A program made the position numbers and the translations under genes. Of a stretch of 64,000 nucleotides of DNA, positions 10,351 to 21,500 are shown piece by piece; the first letter of the stretch is position 1, and each line of letters starts with the position of its first letter. Below the pieces are notes generated by a model. The model did no database searches and was not told where the DNA came from. It saw only the letters and a list, made by a program, of their open reading frames with translations. Source of the DNA: Candidatus Hadarchaeales archaeon (GTDB lineage Archaea > Hadarchaeota > Hadarchaeia > Hadarchaeales > Hadarchaeaceae); the NCBI GenBank assembly GCA_038823825.1, contig JAWBCC010000001.1, forward strand, positions 133,842 through 197,841. Reading direction: 5' to 3'.

Positions 10351-12398
10351 TTCCTTTTCATCAGTGCAACGGCGGCAACGATTATCACAATCACAATCAC
10401 ACCGATGATCGGAAGAACTGGAATCTCGGTGGGTTTTTCTACGGGCGCTTCGACCTCCGCCACGAGCGGAACCGCAGGCACGACCGTGTATCCCTCAACG
10501 CCAAAGGCGTTCGTGTTGAATCCCGAGAGCACGGTTCTTTGATCACGACCAGGTGGCACAATTATGTCTAGAACGTTCGGTGAGACACCGACGGCATATG
10601 CGGCCGAGTCAGCGCCCAAAATCTTCCACTCTCTCTCCGCTGGAGTTGCTTCGTTTTCTGGAAGCGCCAATCTCCAGCTCCAATATTCGCTGAAGCCATC
10701 CTGTGAGCCAGAAATGATTACCGCGTGCCATTTGTAATCAGTTGGAAGATCACCTAGGTATTGTCTGACAATACTTTTTGGCAAGGAAGCCAAGACCGTT
10801 CTCGAAGCCAAGTCGCAGGAGACGGTAAGAACTCCAGTTATGACATCATATTGTCCTGCGAAGACCACCCAATTCCTTCTAGCCTTATGTGGCTTGTAGA
10901 ATCCGGTTATTTGAATTCCGAAATCCCAAGCGTGGGCTTCTTCTATTTTAATTCTCGGCCCCTCCCTGCTAAATGGTATGGTCTCTCCTCCAGGCTTACA
11001 ATCCACCCAGACTTCCACGAGTTGATAGGAGAAACCAGCTTCTCCGCTCCACACGTTTCCTCCAAGCCTGTCGGCGGCGAACTCCACGGCGAAATAATAG
11101 TTCTGCGCATCCTCGAAAAACATGAATTTTGTGATATCAAACAGACCCGTCTTGCCTTGGAAATATGCGCTTTCCGGATATCTGTAGGTGCCAGGTCCGT
11201 AATCATCACCCACTGGGTCGGTAATTTCAACAACTCTTTCTGCAACCCATATCTTGAGCGGAGCAGTGTGCGAAATTGTGCCGTCGCTTGCTCTAACGGT
11301 GATTTCATAGATGCCCGAGGTGGTTTCTTTTGCAACTGAGATCGTCAAAGTTGAGGTAAACGGTGGGGTCCCACTGGTTGGACTGAAGTTTACACTAACC
11401 CCACTGGGCAATCCTGTTGCTTCAAGCGAAACCGTCTGTGAATATCCGAGGAATCTTTTAACATTAACAGAAACCTGTGCAGACTTTCCGACCTGAATAA
11501 TCCTGCTGCTAGGTGTTACCGCGATTGTGAAATATGGTCTTCCCGGAATTGGTCCCACGGCTGGAACCCTAGCATAGGTCCCAGTGTTTTCATTGAATCC
11601 GAGGAGAACACTCTTCTGAGTCATACCTTCAGGAACAAGTATGTCCATCGGTCTCGGTTCGACTTTTGCAGCCATTACCCTTGATTGCCAAGTTGCTCTG
11701 GCAGCATCTGGATCGGGTAACCAGCGAATGAAGATGAGAGATTTTTCAACCATGGCTACCTTTCTCCACGCTCCAAGGTTGTCAGAGCCGACGAGTACTG
11801 TGCAATACCAAGGAGCTGATTCACTTGGGGATCCAACGACGGATTTTGGCACGCTTATTTGAACTTTCCCAGTTGCTTGGTTAGCTGTTACGAAGACATC
11901 GAAAACTTCTCCCGTTTGCCATCTTCCATGTGTGTTGTATCTTCCGCCGTAATTTCTCGGCCAGCCGTTCGCTCTCACCGCCCACTTCCAGCCATTCTGA
12001 ATTACGACCTTCGCCGAATCCTCTGTTTCCGTGTCCGAGACGGGGATGACCGACGTGGCAGTCCCTGTTCCATCGTTTACGTAAATCTCTATGAGTTGAA
12101 TGGAGAATCCATGTGGAGCACCATCTGGGTTCCCGCCGAGATTTTTGAATGTGAGTTCGAAGATTATGTTTGTTCCATCATCCTTGACCGCAAAGTAAGT
12201 CAGATCGAAAACTCCAGGAGCAAACTTGGGGTCCTCCGGATACATGAAGTCGTCAATTCCGTGGTCATCATCCTCCGGATCCTCCATCTCAAACAGGACG
12301 TTTACAGCTTGAGCTTTCGACGGTCTCGGTAGAATTATGAGCGAGAGCATCAGAAAGCCCACAATCAATATACATATTTCTCTCTTCATTCCCTCCAT
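10347..12398 (-). CDS. Surface protein with two tandem glucodextranase-like / S-layer-type domains, an N-terminal signal peptide and a C-terminal TM anchor
   Basis: Two internal repeats (..FDLTYFAV..FELTFKNLGGNPDGAPHGFSIQLIEIYVN.. and ..FDITKFMFFED..YYFAVEFAADRLGGNVWSGEAGFSYQLVEVWVD) resemble the C-terminal surface-binding domain of Thermococcus-type glucodextranase-like proteins. It has a signal peptide and a C-terminal TM plus KRK tail. Its stop overlaps the start of the downstream GH57 giant gene, so the two are probably an operon. Confidence 0.55.
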   Translation of the reverse strand: MEGMKREICILIVGFLMLSLIILPRPSKAQAVNVLFEMEDPEDDDHGIDDFMYPEDPKFAPGVFDLTYFAVKDDGTNIIFELTFKNLGGNPDGAPHGFSIQLIEIYVNDGTGTATSVIPVSDTETEDSAKVVIQNGWKWAVRANGWPRNYGGRYNTHGRWQTGEVFDVFVTANQATGKVQISVPKSVVGSPSESAPWYCTVLVGSDNLGAWRKVAMVEKSLIFIRWLPDPDAARATWQSRVMAAKVEPRPMDILVPEGMTQKSVLLGFNENTGTYARVPAVGPIPGRPYFTIAVTPSSRIIQVGKSAQVSVNVKRFLGYSQTVSLEATGLPSGVSVNFSPTSGTPPFTSTLTISVAKETTSGIYEITVRASDGTISHTAPLKIWVAERVVEITDPVGDDYGPGTYRYPESAYFQGKTGLFDITKFMFFEDAQNYYFAVEFAADRLGGNVWSGEAGFSYQLVEVWVDCKPGGETIPFSREGPRIKIEEAHAWDFGIQITGFYKPHKARRNWVVFAGQYDVITGVLTVSCDLASRTVLASLPKSIVRQYLGDLPTDYKWHAVIISGSQDGFSEYWSWRLALPENEATPAEREWKILGADSAAYAVGVSPNVLDIIVPPGRDQRTVLSGFNTNAFGVEGYTVVPAVPLVAEVEAPVEKPTEIPVLPIIGVIVIVIIVAAVALMKRK

Positions 12399-12490
12399 CT
12401 AAAGTATTCTTCTGCGGTTTTTATATCTTTCGAAAAAGTTTCCAGCTTCAGGCGAAACTTTTATTAGGAATATATGGAAAAAATTAAAAG
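12399..12490. promoter_or_regulatory. Divergent promoter region between the glucodextranase-like/GH57 operon and the giant GH13 gene
   Basis: AT-rich tracts (tttttatatc, cttttattagg, aaaaaattaaaagg) about 25-40 nt upstream of the GTG start at 12491. Confidence 0.3.
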
Positions 12491-15400
12491 GTGACGTTGA
12501 AAAAAATCTTTCCTGCATTTGTTTTTTTGGCGCTTTTCTTTATGGCGCCATTTGCTTCTTCGTCTAAAATTTTGGACGTTGGAGCGGCTGCTTCACCTTC
12601 GACATATCGGGCGCCCGATTGGGTAATGAACGCAGTTTTTTATCAGATAATGGTCGACCGTTTTTACAACGGAGACCCGTCTAATGATCCGGACAATAAC
12701 ACCCTTCTCCTTCGCTCCTGGACTAATATAAACGGTGTCACTTTCCCAGATCTCTATGCTAGAAAAATGCGCTGGACGGAGGATGTTGAAACAAACGTAC
12801 TCTGGCCGGACGATTATGGAAACTTGAGATATGCACCTACACTCGGAAGAGACTATTATGGCGGCGATTTCAAGGGGATAATGGACAAACTTCCTTATCT
12901 TGAGAATCTCGGAATAACAGCAATATACTTTAATCCGATTCATGACGGTCCGCACTTCCACGGTTATACGGTTGAAAACTATGAATCAGCCAACAAGTTT
13001 TATGGCGGGCTCGACATGTTCAAACAAATGCTCTCCGCGCTAAAGGAGAAGGGAATAAGGGTGATTCTTGACGGTGTGTTCAACCACACGAGTTGTACAC
13101 ATCCATGGTTTGACCGCGAAAATAGATTCCCAGATTATCTGGGTGCATACGAAAGTCAAAATTCACCATATTTCAGTTGGTACAAATTTTGGCAATGGCC
13201 TCTGAACTATGAGGGATGGAACAATTTTTCTCATGTTCCGCAGCTCCAACTTACTGAAGGATACAAAGACTACCTTTACCGAAGTTCAAACAGTCTGTTG
13301 AAATACTGGAACGATATAGGAATAGACGGCTGGCGTCTCGATGTCGCCATGCAGATGAAAGATAGATTTGGCTGGGCGTTCTGGCGGGAATTCAGTCAAG
13401 CCTTCAGCCAGCTGAATTCAGAGGGATACCTCGTCGCGGAACCAGACCATGGAACGGCAGCTCAGCCAGATTACGTTACTCAGGGTTACCTAGACGGCGT
13501 CATGAACTATGCTTGGATGCACGCGGTTATAGACTGGGTTAATGGAACGGCTAGTCCGAGCAGCTTCGCGGGGAGACTGGAGTACATAAAGAATGCATAT
13601 CCGGCAGATGCTTTCTACACACAGCTTAACATTCTGAGTTCGCATGACGATCACAGACTGAGAACGCGTGTTGGTGGAAGAATTGACAGGGTTAAGCTTG
13701 CCGTGATTTTCCAGATGACATACCCAGGCGCCCCGTGCATATGGTATGGGGATGAGGTCGGGATGACGAGCGACTATCCGAGGGGGAGTGGAACAGTCAG
13801 AGATGCGGATCCGTTTACTAGAAGACCGTTCCCCTGGCCAGAGCTAGGATACCCGGTCCCTGAACAACCAGACGTTCCGAACTGGGATATCTTCAGGCAC
13901 TACCAAAACTTGATTTCGATAAGAAAGAGTTATCAAGTCCTTAGAACTGGAACGGTCGAGACTCTGATGACGGATGATGGTAAGAAGATTTTGGCACTAT
14001 TCCGAAAACTTCCAAATCCAAGTTTAACAAAATATTCGAACTGGAGAACTGAATATGCGGTTCTCGTCTACAACAGTGGCGCTTCCCCGCAGAGCGTTAC
14101 TCTCAATCTCACCGGAAAAGTTCCCAATGGTACGGAGCTCGTCGATGTTCTAAATGGAAATCGAAAGTATACGGTAACAAACGGAACTGTTTCGCTAACT
14201 GTCGAAAACATGTGGGCAGCGATTCTGGTTTACACATCAAACCAACCACCGGTTGCAGATTTCACGTTTTCTCCCACTTCTCCCGCTCCAGGTGAAACCG
14301 TGCAGTTTACTGATAACTCGAGAGATCCAGATGGGACAATAGTTTCCTGGCTATGGGATTTTGGCGACGGGACTTCGAGCACCCAGCGTAATCCAACAAA
14401 GGTCTATACAGCATCCGGAACATACACAGTAAAGCTGACGGTGACTGACGATGGAGGCGCGAGCGCGACAGTCTCCAAATTGGTGGTTGTGTCAGAAGCT
14501 CCGGCGCCACCTCCGGGAGTCAAGCCAACAACCTTAACAATAGATCCTACCTCCTTTTCGCTAGCTTCAGGAGCTTCGAGAACTCTGATGGCGATTTTGA
14601 AGGATAACGAAAACAATCCGGTCGCAGGAAAGACGATTTTGTGGTCGGCAACTGTCGGGAGCATATCGTCCTCCTCCGTCACAGATTCAAACGGAATGGC
14701 TGCCGCAACCTACACGGCCCCATCTGTTACCGCTCAAACTTCAGTGACCATTACCGCAACTTTTCAAGGTGACAGTCAGTATGCTTCATCAACCGGTCAA
14801 AGCATTGGAAGCATCTCGCCCATATCGGCTCAGTTGAGTCTGAGACCAATACCATCCACTATAGCGGGTTCTGACATTATACTCAGCGGGGTGGTCGAAG
14901 ATCAAGCCGGTAATCCTATACCAGGAGCATCTTTGAAAGTTCTCATAAATGGTCAGGTCGTTCAGACGGCAACGGCTGGTGGAGATGGAAGTTTCAGCAT
15001 AGCCGTCACACTTCCTCCTGGCTCAAGCAGTCTAAGGCTAGAAGCCTACAGCGGAGAAGGAGAACTTCTTGCGTCATTCTCCCAAAATGTTACAACTTCT
15101 GCTGAATATTCTCCACCCACGGGAATTGACAGTGGAATGATTGTAACATATGGCAGTATTCTTTCTGCGATCGGCTTGGCAATAGGTGTTCTTATCGGCA
15201 AAATCCGGATAACGGGCAAACTCTTCTCACTAATTTTTGCAGTCTTTCTTCTGCTTTCTTTGGTTCATACAGTTCCAGTCAATGCGCCCACTAGGACCGT
15301 TGATGGTTCTCCAGCCGACTGGACTGGCACCCCGCCAACAACTGTAAACACGTTTACTGTTTCCGCCGGGGAATTCATATGGAAGGATGCGCAAGGCGAC

Positions 15401-18400
15401 GAGCGTACAGACCTGAATAATTGGCAACCGGATAGAAGAGTGGATCTTTTAGAGTTCAGAATCACTGCCGATACACAATATATATACTTCATGGCAAAAA
15501 TGGTCGATATCGACATAGAATCTGGAAGTGGAGCTCCGTGTGTCCAAGTTGCAGTGGATACCGATAGGATAGCCGGATCAGGGGAGAACTGGTTTGGTGG
15601 ATGGTCAGACACAGCGACGAGCAACTCCGCGCGTTGGGAGCGTCTGATTATGACGAGATTTGGGAGCGGATCACAGAGGGTTTATGTGTTTAATACAAGT
15701 TGGGTGGATCAGGCGACATCAGATGACACTCAAGCGATATCTGCCCAAAATGAAACAATCGAGTTCAGAGTTGGATGGGCGAGACTTGGAGTTTCGCCAC
15801 CTTGCACCCTGAGGTTCACGGTGATAACTCACAGACAGAATACCGACGACAATTCTGTGGACATTTCTAATACCTCCGATGCTCTTGATGCGATAACAAC
15901 AACCGGACCAACCACTTGGAACGAGGTCCAAGATCAAATAGTCGATTATTATTTTGACGTGAGTTTTGCTTCGAATGGCGAGGTCGTAGGATCTGTCCCT
16001 GTAGGCGCTTCAATAGATAGCGATATCTGGTGGGAGGGCGTTTTACATGATCAAGACAATTCCTTCTACTTCTCACCCCAAGGGGAAACGACAGTACTCC
16101 CCCCATTGCTTGATAGAGGAAGGCGCATTCTATATGATCAAAACGTAACTGTCAGGCTTAGAACAAATGAGAACGACCTGAGCGAAGTTTGGCTTAGAAT
16201 CTGGTGGGAGAACATTTATGAAAACAATGTTGTTGAAAATGCCGCCGTGAGATATCGGATGTCAAAAGAAAGCTCGGATGGGACGTACGAATACTGGGTT
16301 ACCACAATTCCCGCTCCGGGAAGGCCGGCAAGAATGTGGTATAGGTTCTATCTCGTTGACAACGGCGGAACGGGCACATACAGCTGGGACATCTGGCAAA
16401 ATCCGGTGAATATAGGAACGCAGGTGGACATCGATAGTTACGCCGATGACACTTTTCCGAGGAACGGAGGAACAGGAAAAATGTATGATTTTCCGCAAAC
16501 TAGAACGGAGAGCACAGTTCAGCCTGTGGACAACTATGACTTCATGATCATCTTTTACGAAAACATACCGCCAGCCGCTGTTTCTCTTATTTCGCCAGAG
16601 AACGACGCTTTGCTGACATCGGTTCCGACCTTACGCTGGACGGCGTCAGTAGATCCGCAACCATCCTCCGGTCTCGGATATCGCCTTCAGATTTCTAAAG
16701 TTTCCGACTTTTCCACAACTGTTGTTGATATATATGTGAAAGAAAACTCTTATCAGCCGAGCATCGGAGAAGGAGTATACTTCTGGAGGGTTAGAGCAGA
16801 AGACTATGATGGAAACGCGAGCAACTGGTCGGAGGTCAGACGCTTTCGGCTAGATCTCGGACCACCACCGGCTCCAACGCCGATTTCTCCGCCCGATAAC
16901 TTCTGCACAAAAGAAAATCGAATAACCTTAAGCTGGACGAGAGTTCCGGATGCATCAGAGCCGGTTCTGTATCGTGTCGCTCTGAGTGATGATGCAGGTT
17001 TTCCATACGAAAACTTCACATCCGGCTGGGTCATGGAGAATAGCTGGCAGGTTGAGCTTCCCGAGGGAATATGGTACTGGAGAGTTTGCGCGAAGGACAA
17101 CCTCGACCAGATCGGTGAGAATTCCGTGACCAAAAGATTTATCGTCGACATTACTCCACCACAACCACCAGAGATCTTGTATCCTGAAAATGGTGAAAGC
17201 GTGAATGTGAGGAGACCAACACTCAGATGGTCGACTGTGACCGACGTAAGCATGCCTGTGACGTACGATCTTCAACTGAGTGGCTCCCCAACTTTCTCTA
17301 CCCTTATCGTAGACAATTCTGGTCTCACGGAGAACTCGTATACTCTCACAATCGACCTAGAGGAAAGGGTTTACTACTGGAGAGTGAGAGCGAAGGACAA
17401 TGCCGGAAATCTGAGTGATTGGGTTGTGTCCTCTTTCATTGTTGATCTCACGGCGCTACCAGCCCCCACGGGCCTCTCCCCCACGGGTTTCATCAACACG
17501 AAAAGACCGCAGTTCCGTTGGTCTCCTGTACAAAGCATTTTTGATGTGGTGTACATCTTTGAACTCGATGATAGCCAAGACTTCTCAAGTCCTCTCGTGG
17601 TCGAAAACGCTCTAACAGATACTTCTTACCAGCTTCAGTTTGATCTATCAGATGGAAAATATTATTGGAGGGTAAGAGCGAAGACAGAATTAAAAACGGG
17701 ACCAGCGGCCAGCGCATCCTTTACGGTAGATACTATACCCCCATCAGCTCCAGAGATTTTGACATCCTTGCCGGCCAGCACTAGGGTTAGGAGATGGATG
17801 ATAGTTGGAACAGCGGAGGCGAATGCAACCGTTCAGTGTTTTGTTAACGATTCCCTAGTTGCGGAAAATGTGGCAGAGAATGGAAGCTTCACGCTGTGGG
17901 TTACCTTCCAACTCGGACAGAATAGCGTAAAGTTCAGAGCCGTTGACAGAGCAGGAAACGCGAGCGTCTTTACGTCTTCGATCGGAATTAAGGTTACCGG
18001 AGGACTCGGAATTCGTCTGACTGCAGACCGACTCCAAGCAGGAGTTGAGCGTGCCTTCGCACTAGTCGGATATCAAACAAGCATTCAAGAAATAAGAGTG
18101 AAGACAAATAAGGATGTCGCTGCTCCGGCGATTTACGTCGAAGAGCTTATGCCCTGGGAAAACTGGGTTGAAGTTCCTTTGCCCAAGCGTGCAAAGGTTT
18201 ACCGAGTCTTCGTCGTGGAGTCTACCGTACCTGCCGGAGATATCGCAGAAGTGAAGTTTTCTTTCAGGGTCGAGCTCAGCTGGCTCGAGAAGAATGGACT
18301 CTCGACACGTGACATAAGGTTATTGCGTTATGACGGAGACTGGAAGGAAATATCCACCAGTTATGCCGGGAAGGACGCCACTTACGCATATTACTCGGCT

Positions 18401-18553
18401 AAAGCAACCGGGCTGTCTTGGTTTGCCATCACTTCACCGCCATCAACACCTCTAATAGAATACGTCACAATTGCTGTTCTCTTCTGCGTAGGTGCAGTAG
18501 TCGGTTTCTTCCTCAGCTCAAAAATTTTCAAAAGGTCGGGAAAACGTCAATAG
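12491..18553 (+). CDS. Giant multidomain surface alpha-amylase. It has an N-terminal GH13 catalytic domain (cyclomaltodextrinase/neopullulanase-like), a PKD domain, Ig-like domains, a central pair of hydrophobic segments, a glucodextranase-like domain, about 6 tandem FN3-like repeats and a C-terminal TM anchor
   Basis: GTG start with signal peptide. GH13 regions I-IV (DGVFNHTS, GWRLDVA, EPDHG, SSHDD). PKD motif WLWDFGDGTSS. Repeated YYWRVRAKD-type FN3-like units. A C-terminal anchor ..VLFCVGAVVGFFLSSKIFKRSGKRQ. Confidence 0.7.
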   Translation: MTLKKIFPAFVFLALFFMAPFASSSKILDVGAAASPSTYRAPDWVMNAVFYQIMVDRFYNGDPSNDPDNNTLLLRSWTNINGVTFPDLYARKMRWTEDVETNVLWPDDYGNLRYAPTLGRDYYGGDFKGIMDKLPYLENLGITAIYFNPIHDGPHFHGYTVENYESANKFYGGLDMFKQMLSALKEKGIRVILDGVFNHTSCTHPWFDRENRFPDYLGAYESQNSPYFSWYKFWQWPLNYEGWNNFSHVPQLQLTEGYKDYLYRSSNSLLKYWNDIGIDGWRLDVAMQMKDRFGWAFWREFSQAFSQLNSEGYLVAEPDHGTAAQPDYVTQGYLDGVMNYAWMHAVIDWVNGTASPSSFAGRLEYIKNAYPADAFYTQLNILSSHDDHRLRTRVGGRIDRVKLAVIFQMTYPGAPCIWYGDEVGMTSDYPRGSGTVRDADPFTRRPFPWPELGYPVPEQPDVPNWDIFRHYQNLISIRKSYQVLRTGTVETLMTDDGKKILALFRKLPNPSLTKYSNWRTEYAVLVYNSGASPQSVTLNLTGKVPNGTELVDVLNGNRKYTVTNGTVSLTVENMWAAILVYTSNQPPVADFTFSPTSPAPGETVQFTDNSRDPDGTIVSWLWDFGDGTSSTQRNPTKVYTASGTYTVKLTVTDDGGASATVSKLVVVSEAPAPPPGVKPTTLTIDPTSFSLASGASRTLMAILKDNENNPVAGKTILWSATVGSISSSSVTDSNGMAAATYTAPSVTAQTSVTITATFQGDSQYASSTGQSIGSISPISAQLSLRPIPSTIAGSDIILSGVVEDQAGNPIPGASLKVLINGQVVQTATAGGDGSFSIAVTLPPGSSSLRLEAYSGEGELLASFSQNVTTSAEYSPPTGIDSGMIVTYGSILSAIGLAIGVLIGKIRITGKLFSLIFAVFLLLSLVHTVPVNAPTRTVDGSPADWTGTPPTTVNTFTVSAGEFIWKDAQGDERTDLNNWQPDRRVDLLEFRITADTQYIYFMAKMVDIDIESGSGAPCVQVAVDTDRIAGSGENWFGGWSDTATSNSARWERLIMTRFGSGSQRVYVFNTSWVDQATSDDTQAISAQNETIEFRVGWARLGVSPPCTLRFTVITHRQNTDDNSVDISNTSDALDAITTTGPTTWNEVQDQIVDYYFDVSFASNGEVVGSVPVGASIDSDIWWEGVLHDQDNSFYFSPQGETTVLPPLLDRGRRILYDQNVTVRLRTNENDLSEVWLRIWWENIYENNVVENAAVRYRMSKESSDGTYEYWVTTIPAPGRPARMWYRFYLVDNGGTGTYSWDIWQNPVNIGTQVDIDSYADDTFPRNGGTGKMYDFPQTRTESTVQPVDNYDFMIIFYENIPPAAVSLISPENDALLTSVPTLRWTASVDPQPSSGLGYRLQISKVSDFSTTVVDIYVKENSYQPSIGEGVYFWRVRAEDYDGNASNWSEVRRFRLDLGPPPAPTPISPPDNFCTKENRITLSWTRVPDASEPVLYRVALSDDAGFPYENFTSGWVMENSWQVELPEGIWYWRVCAKDNLDQIGENSVTKRFIVDITPPQPPEILYPENGESVNVRRPTLRWSTVTDVSMPVTYDLQLSGSPTFSTLIVDNSGLTENSYTLTIDLEERVYYWRVRAKDNAGNLSDWVVSSFIVDLTALPAPTGLSPTGFINTKRPQFRWSPVQSIFDVVYIFELDDSQDFSSPLVVENALTDTSYQLQFDLSDGKYYWRVRAKTELKTGPAASASFTVDTIPPSAPEILTSLPASTRVRRWMIVGTAEANATVQCFVNDSLVAENVAENGSFTLWVTFQLGQNSVKFRAVDRAGNASVFTSSIGIKVTGGLGIRLTADRLQAGVERAFALVGYQTSIQEIRVKTNKDVAAPAIYVEELMPWENWVEVPLPKRAKVYRVFVVESTVPAGDIAEVKFSFRVELSWLEKNGLSTRDIRLLRYDGDWKEISTSYAGKDATYAYYSAKATGLSWFAITSPPSTPLIEYVTIAVLFCVGAVVGFFLSSKIFKRSGKRQ

Positions 18554-21500
18554 TTTGACCTCCGTAGCCTACGTAATTGGCTCCAATGCTCCATCGCTCG
18601 TCGTTTATGAGGGGTTTGAACTCGAATCTCTGACCATCTGGGATTTGGTTCGTCTCCCAGACCCAGATGTTTCCCTCAGTCCAGGTTGCTGGTAGCCCGA
18701 CGCTCCAGGAAAGAGGAGGCGTGTCTCCTCTTATGTAGATTGAATTTCCCCACCCAACGTCGTAGTGAACTCTGATCGTTGTCGTTGAATAAGTCGGCTG
18801 CGGAGGTGGAGCACCTCTCGAATAATTCTCGCGTACCACGTTGGAGTAAATCTTTCCTTCCTTTGCGCTCAAGCTTACAGTTATTTTTCCATCGCTTCCA
18901 ACTGTCACTTTGTCGTCCGTGTTCAGCAAGTTAACAAGCTCTGTGCCCGGTGGCAGCGGAACGGAAATGGAGAGAGTTCTGTTACTCCAAGAGTTATTCA
19001 AGATGACTATCGCTTGTTCGTTTTGATAAACTCTGCGGTAGGCGTAAACGGAAGTTTCTTTATAAAGTTCATACTGTGGGCCGCGCGAGATTGCTGGATA
19101 TCTCTGTCTTATTTCGTTCAACCGTTTTATGTGGAGATATATCGGCGTCATGTTGAAGGATGGCATCATCCCCCTGTTGTTTGGATCCGCTCCACCGGAA
19201 AGTCCTTGCTCTGTGCCGTAGAAGAGAGAAGGAACGCCACGGCACGTTAGGAGGAACGTCAGCGCAAGCTTCAGTCTCTGGTTGTCTCCACCTGCTACAT
19301 ACAAGAATCTCTCAATGTCGTGGCTCTCGAAAGATGTAACCAAACGAGATGGATTGGGATAGTTGATATCCTGCGCGAGAATCGAAGAAATTCTGTCAAA
19401 AGATTGCTCACTGGCGAAGACATCTCTAGCGGCAAACATGAGTGGGAAATCCTGAAAGCCCCAGAGTGGACCGTCTTTCCAGTGTTGCGCTAGAACTGAT
19501 GGATCTCCATACCAAGATTCCCCGAAGCACGGAATCCCCACGTTTTCTTGGAATTCTCTTCTAAAGTTATCCGGTACATGTTTACTCGCATCAAATCTAA
19601 ACGCGGCAAAGCCGACCTCATTCTTCCAGTAGTTATAAACCTTGAAAAGCTCCAATTTCACTTCCGGAATTTCCTGAGCGAGGTCGTCCAGTCCTCCCCA
19701 CACATTTGGCTGTCTTATGTTGCCTCTGAGGTCATGGTAGATCCTCTGGAATGGGTCATCCCAATCTTCAATGTGTCCATAGTTGTGATACCACTGCAAA
19801 TTGTCGAAGGGTGGAGCAGGCTTGAGTTCCGGTGACCGAGTTTCGTCTCTATTTCTCCAACGTCGCGTACCGGGAGCATCATACAGAAAGTCTCCCGTAT
19901 GATTGGGTATAGCTTCGGTCACAACCGCAATCCCCATATCGCTCGCTTTTCTCACCAGCTCTTTCAACTTTTCCAAATCTCCGAAGTGAGGCTCGGGTTT
20001 ATAGAAGTCGTACGGCCAGTAGCCGTGATATCCAGCCGAGTTTCCAGGAACGTCTAGCCACTGGTTCCAATGTACGGAAGATATCCAGATCGCAGTTACT
20101 CCGAGGTGCTTGATGTACGCCAGCTTGTCTATGATCCCCTGCCAGTCGCCACCCTGATAGAAGAAGAGGTTGCCGGGACGGTATTCTCCATAACCAAAGT
20201 TGTCATTAGATGGATCTCCATTCGCAAACCTATCAGTCATGATCTGATATATCACATCGCTCTCGTCGAAAATGTTGTCAGATCGGCGCTCGAAGAGGCT
20301 TATTCCTCTACATTTGTTTGGTTTTCTTATCCTAAGGAGATCTGCGACCGTCGGTGCAATGTCAACGATTTCTGCTCCGAGGACTTTTCTTTTCTCTATG
20401 CCCGACCCGGAAACGATGATGGGAATAGCCATGTCTCCAAGTTCTATGCTCCCATGATTGGTCCCTGTCATCCCATGATCGCTGACAATTATGAGGATTG
20501 TGTTTTCATAGAGTCCCAAATTTTTCAGATTCTCCACAAGTATTCCAATCGCCGCATCCGCTCGCTCTATAGCTTGCCTATACTGTTGGCTTTCATGACC
20601 ATAACTGTGCCCGGTTGAATCGACCATCGGAAGAAGAACAAACATTAAGGTTGGTTTATGCTGGATGAATATCTTGATCGCGTTTTCCATTACTCTGATG
20701 TCAGCATATGGATCCCCTATCGCACGGTAGTCCACATCGTTCTTGACCCAAGTTACGCCTCTTTCCAGTCCAGCTATCCTGCCGCCCTTCCCGTCGAGGA
20801 GAGCAGTTCGATAGCCGTAACTTTCAGCAACCTCAAAAATCGTTTCTGCCTCTAAAGTGTCTCCAGAGGTTTCGTAACAATGATCCTCAGGATATGCTCC
20901 TGTGAAGAGTGATGCGTGAGCTACCGGGGTGGTGGACGGGTAAACCGTCACACCGAGCCAGTTATAGAGAGCGTTTTCGGCGAGCATGTCTATGTAAGGC
21001 GTGTTAGCTTCCAGAAGAATATCGGGACGACATCCATCTATGGTGATGATTATGACGTGTTTTCCAAATTGTAATTGCACATTTTCTGCGAGGACGGTAA
21101 AGGTCCAGATCGCCGACCATTCTCGAGCAACATTTTCCACTACCCTCGCAACTCTCCAGAAGTAAACGCCCGGAGAAAGCTGTAAAATCAGGCTGTTTTC
21201 AGCAAGCAGAAGATTCTCGATTGGAACGGAGAAATCGTCAAGTCCGCTGAGCTGGAAGAGGTAGGAAGCATCATTCTCTCCAACCCACGTGAAGAAAATA
21301 GTGTTTTCTGTCAGTATGGAACCGTTTTCAGGCAGAAGCAGGAAGAGAGTTGGAGGAATATTTTCCACAGCCACCCTAAAGTTCCATATGCTTGACCATT
21401 TGCCAATTCTACCCGCGTTCTCAATTCTGACCCTCCAGTAGTAGGTGCCGGGGGAAGGCAGGCTAATCTGCATTGAGAAAGTGTTTACGAGATTATCCAC

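Noticed and set aside
16560-17760. Tandem repeats at the DNA level, considered as a possible CRISPR array or satellite
   Set aside because: The repeats are about 300 nt, in-frame, imperfect and encode FN3-like protein domains inside a long ORF. They have no short direct-repeat/spacer architecture.
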